A stretch of 50,394 bases of DNA from an uncultured Candidatus Saccharibacteria bacterium (GTDB taxonomy: Bacteria > Patescibacteriota > Minisyncoccia > Phycocordibacterales > XYD1-FULL-46-19), in assembly GCA_964510655.1 (NCBI GenBank), contig CAZEAY010000001.1:344330-394723 (forward strand). Direction: 5' to 3'. Position numbers and translations under genes: made by a program. The notes under the pieces were generated by a model. It was not told the origin of the DNA. It saw nothing but the letters and a program-made list of their open reading frames with translations, and searched no databases. Shown here one piece after another: positions 50,201-50,394 of the stretch. The number at the start of each line of letters is the position of its first letter. The stretch's first letter is position 1.

Positions 50201-50394
50201 ACCCACCGCTACCGATCCAGAAAATAAGGAGGTGTCAACAGTAGAGGTAGCGGTATAATACAGCGCAACCGCCTGACCGTTTACCGACAAAGGAGCATAA
50301 GGAGAACTAGTCCCAATACCAATGTTGCCGGTTATAAACAAATCCCCCCCCACCTTCGTATTCCCCACCACTTCAAATATGGTATCAGCGGTAG
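44231..50394 (-). CDS. Giant (>2050 aa, N-terminus outside the window) tail-fibre-like surface protein with an internal S74-type intramolecular-chaperone autoprocessing module
   Basis: The frame stays open to the window edge (the track M at 50371 is a GTG). Ten [VIL]G[IV]GT[ST][ST]P-type repeats, three (Y/N)GGTG motifs, and a duplicated LGSLTGPLQA[IV]NGLVSA module. S74 pattern SDEDQK...YEYK...RYGFGAQSLQKIDPHL...ALNTKGIQELNKKV at 44774-45037. Confidence 0.85.
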   Translation of the reverse strand, partial: TADTIFEVVGNTKVGGDLFITGNIGIGTSSPYAPLSVNGQAVALYYTATSTVDTSLFSGSVAVGSLPASVNLSSGDLFVENLKFNATSSIYSVDNDLVFQDENGGTKTLSQLIAGSTGCSESNSLISGGQATYSGTGFVYDVPATVYCIGGLQYSITPTQVTLNDADPDGDRIDVITVNSSGQAVVLTGEPSSNPIAPASNPATQLDLTFVYIKAGAVLPGVDGTGPRQESMYLENTEWVGSQSFPNGGVVSFSSGVDPQAGSTNIEVTTPLKRNGYFQFSSSTAVWDPTGYNYFSFYIKNKTAWTATTDRLDITFRSNTNTQLGSSVRIQHNTYGFDKNNTSSYQKVTIPLSAFGTLGQSVKYVRFTTGSGSASNSFDFRIDGITAQGPSVPAGSNPTTGLSGTGLSGQLTFWTGTSTMAGSSGLIWNNTTQRLGIGTSTPGVALGVMGSAIFADNVNASNFTATSTTQASTFPYASTTALTVSGSAYLGSLTGPLQAINGLVSATSTISVAYGGTGAGAFSTNALTYFDGTKLNSTSSPTVGYLTATSTTATTTLAGNLVIGTGNIFASNGSLATGFAGSGGLISSSAAGAKSLGYVIDSIGGSASLIASGNGSTALGNISTFGATSNITASGLGSLVNGYIGGAPSFSSSIVASGNGSVAFGEVSTGNIISSGHGSFVSGYTIGNFGLNSTGSGSFAGGYSSTGVVTASGNGSFAWGDNVTATASLSTSFGTGFANTTANTFQVGYSSIPTLTVNSTSVGIGTTSPNALLSVHSSTGSNSTPLFLIASSTPSNTGTTTLLSLGAGGELRVLRSGSFGAQNLVTAADSFSTGIQNVVSGTRSAAFGDSVTVSGQESFGFGSNIAITGANSFGIALDNNLNHTISANNVMSVMGGNFGVGTTSPGLTFSVVGDAYIGGNFTATGTARLGSLTGPLQAVNGLVSASTTISAVYGGTGLSTYVIGDLLYASGSTALSRLADVATGNVLLSGGVGSAPSWGKVSLTGAVSGTLGVSNGGTGATTFGQGWLYSTGGTTALNSSTSPTVNYITATSTTGTNYFAGNVGIKTSNPNYALEVTGDMYASGAVYSGSAYFLEGNNLIDIDGSGIREFGNPQGDDATVKISGWPSQSITLTEDNIDYVAGGAHQFTGNLAVDSNVLYVSATNNMVGVNQSSPLYTLDVTGEGRFTSFVDASHFVATSSSATSTLKDTSISGRLSVIQPTTNALIIGNTTGNTRGNSAVDIQSSRSAVTQVASGQNSTILGSNNTASSSYNTSIGYSNAVGGYLYNTAVGSVNNVYSNYFSVVGHSSAFGYGNTIGSGAYYSGAIGYMNTVSAFGGTSYAVGNNNTVSVPGSYVFGGSITNDVGSSVMIGPSNTAKLTITGTPRMGFGTTTPTGTFQLASTANTRLTLSDTNASTNAKHWYINSDTGDFSVGTTSDSLSSDKAYLTIKGTTGNVGINTTAPAQLLTLNSATVPYLQFSISDTAKAYLGSIAATDNLITGGVANDFGLRTQGGNMLFSVDSGTSASMYLSSAGNLGIGTTTPLGKFAIYSSNSTNGGQIPYNNSSYITNSGTYDSGATPSSLYYRGYYSSVNLNNTFAASFNDYLQHAYGIDANVTASPANLNDGIQNLYGGNFLATFSGSGNDLDGRLNVYGVKGVANFTGTQSGIGVISYYGGDFSAIGNLTTTEQTKKYGILSTVSGTADNNYGLWIDSSGATNNYAIYSNSGINYFSGNIGVGTTSPWAPLSVVGKVAFSSLTTAAGSPSTLCINSTTKEVTINAAATCTVSDEDQKTPLEPLAFSALDLISKLQPSSYEYKVERGRIRYGFGAQSLQKIDPHLADAFDQSGIARSVDLHALMALNTKGIQELNKKVDDLSKDSMWVVDLDTAQIKPLASLNLNDFDIENIRSLRSASGNWSLTEDGVLVVREIQTEKLCIGATCVTENELKNLLQTANVSTVSTPSTSSTTESTNEEVPPSESDQGNGGGGQETSGDVPATEDLPADISSESEVVGEIDSPAVAEESAESVDSDTPSEPTPEPQPVIDAGSNSSTPTD
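47584..47608 (-). repeat. Exact 25-nt intragenic repeat (copy B) marking a duplicated protein module
   Basis: gaagaggtccagtcaaagaaccaag is identical to 48901-48925 and encodes LGSLTGPLQ. Confidence 0.8.
48901..48925 (-). repeat. Exact 25-nt intragenic repeat (copy A)
   Basis: Identical to 47584-47608. The spacing of about 1.3 kb is in frame. Confidence 0.8.

Noticed and set aside
44231-50394. Diversity-generating retroelement target (template/variable repeat pair) in the giant gene
   Set aside because: The exact 25-nt repeat is part of an in-frame protein module duplication. There is no reverse transcriptase, Avd or adenine-specific mismatch pattern anywhere in the window.
1-50394. CRISPR arrays, IS elements/transposases, integrases, prophage blocks, rRNA genes, and an alternative genetic code (UGA recoding)
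   Set aside because: I saw no regularly spaced direct repeats and no transposase, integrase or rRNA signatures. All conserved genes read full-length with the standard code, and some end on TGA (for example rnhB) at the expected C-terminus.

Overview
AT-rich, tightly packed window that is almost entirely housekeeping. I call 46 protein-coding genes (41 on the minus strand), one tRNA and one T-box leader. Content: an rpsP-khpA-trmD operon remnant, RNase R, a short SMC with RNase III, a NusB-Nudix fusion, L32, RNase HII, DnaE, T-box-controlled ThrRS, GyrB, GlmS, PheST, tRNA-Thr(UGU), S2/EF-Ts, RF1, L31, L25, GatB and MurB. There is also a glycolysis / non-oxidative pentose-phosphate block: class II aldolase, PfkB kinase, split transketolase, Rpe, RpiB and GAPDH. 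Several architectures are truncated (ThrRS without TGS, 254-aa PheS, 153-aa EF-Ts, 748-aa SMC). Together with the split transketolase and many small membrane-anchored orphans, this suggests a reduced-genome, possibly episymbiotic bacterium (Patescibacteria/CPR-like). That placement is inference only. I found no CRISPR array, IS element, integrase, rRNA or recognisable defence gene. What stands out: (1) three visibly G+C-richer orphan cassettes (4.5-4.8 kb, 9.2-10.2 kb, 16.8-17.4 kb), each with a consensus promoter, strong SD and its own terminator, inserted between conserved genes; (2) an accessory surface locus at 41-50.4 kb holding an 891-aa PA14/FN3/PG-binding anchored protein, a hairpin-rich 490-nt spacer and a >2050-aa tail-fibre-like giant protein with an internal S74 autoprocessing module; (3) a pervasive leaderless promoter geometry, with the -10 box 6-9 nt from the ATG; (4) a repeated palindromic terminator-plus-promoter element; (5) tRNA-Thr flanked by hairpin-interrupted copies of its own ends; (6) the NusB-Nudix fusion and the hinge-less mini-SMC. 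All homology calls come from motif recognition by eye. No searches or statistics were run.
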